Positions 34,340 to 36,387 of a DNA stretch of 36,387 nucleotides are shown piece by piece. The position numbers and the translations under genes are program-made. The DNA is taken from contig JBEKXG010000014.1 in the NCBI GenBank assembly GCA_049512295.1, positions 1 through 36,387 on the forward strand, given 5' to 3'. Position 1 is the stretch's first letter. Each line of letters opens with the position of its first letter. The DNA comes from Syntrophobacteraceae bacterium. Lineage in GTDB: Bacteria; Desulfobacterota; Syntrophobacteria; Syntrophobacterales; Syntrophobacteraceae. The notes beneath the pieces are model-generated. The model made no database searches and was not told the origin of the DNA. It worked only from the letters and a program-made list of their open reading frames with translations.

Positions 34340-35473
34340 TCAGGGCTGCCGCGCTCTGGCCCCTCGGGGTTTCTCGCCAAGGGTTACGGTTATCTTTTGC
34401 GATGTGCCATCCCAGCGGACGATCTCCAGCCGGACCTTATCGCCCGGATGCAACATGCGAATTTCCCGGATCGCGGCGTCTGCACCCTGCACCTGGGCTC
34501 CGTTCACGCTAACGATCACGTCTCCACCGACGGTCACAATATTGTTCCCGATCTGCGCCCGCCGATTTCCTCCCCTCACTCCAGCTTTGTCGGCGGGTCC
34601 GCCCGGGGTGACTTCGATTACCATTGCGCCCGTCCTGACCGGGAGTCTCAGCGCTTCGGCGATGTCCGGGAACAGGTTCATCAAAGTTGCGCCCAGAAAT
34701 GGATAGCTGTAATACCCCTTTTCGATCAGATCATTCACTATCCTTTTGGCCGTATTGACCGGAATTGCGAAGCCGATCCCGACGCTTGCGCCGGTCGGAC
34801 TGAAAATAGCCGTGGTGATGCCGATCAGTTTGCCGGAGGAATCGATGAGCGGCCCCCCGGAGTTGCCCGGATTGATAGAGGCGTCTGTCTGGATGATATC
34901 CTCGACCAGCGTGCCGTTTTCCGCCCTCATTGTGCGCCCGACGGAGCTGATCACCCCGGTCGTAAGGGTCTGGCCCAGACCGAAGGGGTTACCGATAGCC
35001 ATCCCTTTCTGGCCGACTTTAAGATCGGCCGAATCGCCCATCGGAATTATGGTCAGGATTTCTTTGGGAGCCTCTATCTTCAGAACCGCCAGATCGGTGT
35101 CCGGATCGGAGCCTATGAGCCTGGCCGTGTACTTATTGCCGTCGGCCAGAGTGACTTCCAGCTTTCCATCGCCGATCACATGATTGTTCGTCAGGATGTA
35201 GCCGCGCGAATCGATTATCGAACCTGACCCGGTCCCCTTGCGGGGAACTACGTTCAAAAAGAAATCGTGCTCGATAACCGTGCTGGTGATGTTCACCACA
35301 CCCGGCGCAAGACGCTGGTAGAGGTCGATATTGTTCCTCTCTTCCTCGGTCAGGGCGACGGCCATGGGAGTACAAGCCAGGAAGAACACCAATAGCGCCA
35401 GACTTACAACCAGGACGGAGGACTGAGGACGGAGGGGTGGGGAAGCATGGGGGTGTTTTTCCTCGTGACTCAT
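34340..35473 (-). CDS. htrA: HtrA/DegP-family serine protease with one PDZ domain
   Basis: It has an N-terminal anchor or signal. The triad contexts are TNNHVI, DLAVLKI and GNSGGPL. A C-terminal PDZ is present (GAMVIEVTPGGPADKAGV...GDVIVSVNG). Confidence 0.9.
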   Translation of the reverse strand: MSHEEKHPHASPPLRPQSSVLVVSLALLVFFLACTPMAVALTEEERNNIDLYQRLAPGVVNITSTVIEHDFFLNVVPRKGTGSGSIIDSRGYILTNNHVIGDGKLEVTLADGNKYTARLIGSDPDTDLAVLKIEAPKEILTIIPMGDSADLKVGQKGMAIGNPFGLGQTLTTGVISSVGRTMRAENGTLVEDIIQTDASINPGNSGGPLIDSSGKLIGITTAIFSPTGASVGIGFAIPVNTAKRIVNDLIEKGYYSYPFLGATLMNLFPDIAEALRLPVRTGAMVIEVTPGGPADKAGVRGGNRRAQIGNNIVTVGGDVIVSVNGAQVQGADAAIREIRMLHPGDKVRLEIVRWDGTSQKITVTLGEKPRGARARQP

Positions 35474-35503
35474 GACTCGTGACTCCTTGTTGCGGGTTGC
35501 GGG

Positions 35504-36337
35504 TTACTCCATATAATACCGCCGGCTCTGCTTTCTGTAAATCCGTCTGAGAAGCCAGGCCACCAGCAGTATCGCAAGAACCCACCCGGTGATCCTGGGC
35601 CAGGGACGCATAAGTGCCGGGGCTACGGCTTTGACCCGGTTTACCGGTAGAGCGAATCCGATACGTATGCTCGAGCCGGTGGGACTGAGAATCGCAGTGC
35701 AGATCCCCACCAGTTCCCCATCCAGATTTATGAGAGCCCCTCCGGAATTGCCAGGATTTATAGGCGCATCGGTCTGAACCAGGTTTTTGAGGACTTTGGA
35801 ATCATCCCTGATGGTCCGGCCGGTCATGCTGACAATGCCCGAGGTAAGGGTCTGCCCCAATCCGAAAGGATTTCCCACGGCGAGGACCCTTTCTCCTACT
35901 TTCAGCTTATCCGAATCTCCCAGCACGATAGCCTTAAGGGGCTTATCCCCAACGTCCACTTTTATTACTGCCAGGTCATCGTTGGGGTCGGCAGCAGTAA
36001 TTGCGGCTTCGAGCCGTCTGCCGTCGGAGAGTACCACCAGGATGTTCTGCGCTCCTGAGACAACGTGGCTGTTCGTTATGATCAGTCCGTCCTCCCTCAA
36101 TACGACCCCCGATCCTGAACCCGTTACGGATGGGGTCGCACAGAAGAAAAACTCGGCCTCGCATATCCGGGTCGTGATGTTTACCACGGATGGCGCGGCC
36201 TTCTCGTAGGCCTGAATAGTGGTGATTTCCTCCGCTGTAAGGGCCCAGGCCTTCGAATACGCCGCCGCAGTAAAGACAAGCAGTATCGAGATAGCCACCC
36301 GGGGACCTTTTGCGCTAAACGGCAATTTCCAGTGCAT
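35504..36337 (-). CDS. Trypsin-like (S1C) serine protease lacking PDZ, with a C-terminal transmembrane anchor
   Basis: The triad contexts are TNSHVV, DLAVIKV and GNSGGAL. The protein ends ...RPWPRITGWVLAILLVAWLLRRIYRKQSRRYYME (hydrophobic helix then a basic tail) instead of a PDZ. Confidence 0.8.
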   Translation of the reverse strand: MHWKLPFSAKGPRVAISILLVFTAAAYSKAWALTAEEITTIQAYEKAAPSVVNITTRICEAEFFFCATPSVTGSGSGVVLREDGLIITNSHVVSGAQNILVVLSDGRRLEAAITAADPNDDLAVIKVDVGDKPLKAIVLGDSDKLKVGERVLAVGNPFGLGQTLTSGIVSMTGRTIRDDSKVLKNLVQTDAPINPGNSGGALINLDGELVGICTAILSPTGSSIRIGFALPVNRVKAVAPALMRPWPRITGWVLAILLVAWLLRRIYRKQSRRYYME

Positions 36338-36387
36338 GGAGGCTCCGCTTTTTCAGGTCCGGAAATACTCAATCCGGAATGCTCAGC

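Overview
This window is mostly chromosomal housekeeping backbone. Gene content suggests an anaerobic Desulfobacterota or Syntrophia-like bacterium, but that is inference only. The backbone genes are pgeF, pyrK-pyrD, a ROK sugar kinase, mreB, mutL-miaA-tatD, a GNAT, an S1-domain protein, ywbE, cydAB and two HtrA-type proteases. Three accessory patches interrupt it. (1) 1-3053 is a decayed island on the 3' side of tRNA-Arg(CCG). It holds a truncated HsdR and a translationally coupled pair made of a Panacea/DUF4065-like antitoxin and an unassigned 241-aa partner, which is the best candidate here for an undescribed toxin-antitoxin or defence module. (2) 17.8-24.5 kb is a mosaic bracketed by intact ywbE and a diverged ywbE 3' remnant. 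It carries an L,D-transpeptidase, a small lipoprotein, a frameshifted receiver domain, a ParE/RelE toxin-antitoxin pair, and a compact module of Tat-signal ferredoxin, 700-aa YdhV-like aldehyde:ferredoxin oxidoreductase (AOR) and a coupled 180-aa protein. (3) 24.9-31.2 kb holds a 577-aa acidic helical protein of unknown function, a hicB remnant, a 120-aa hypothetical, a decayed Calx-beta gene, and a secreted GH44-like glycoside hydrolase with a recently duplicated Ig-like domain. Intergenic DNA is unusually repeat-rich, with dispersed hairpin repeats showing compensatory changes, a nested insertion, several tandem micro-repeats and a duplicated 26-nt palindromic box. Four genes carry 1-nt frame disruptions in homopolymer contexts, so they could be assembly errors rather than real pseudogenes. 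No CRISPR array, rRNA or intact transposase was seen.
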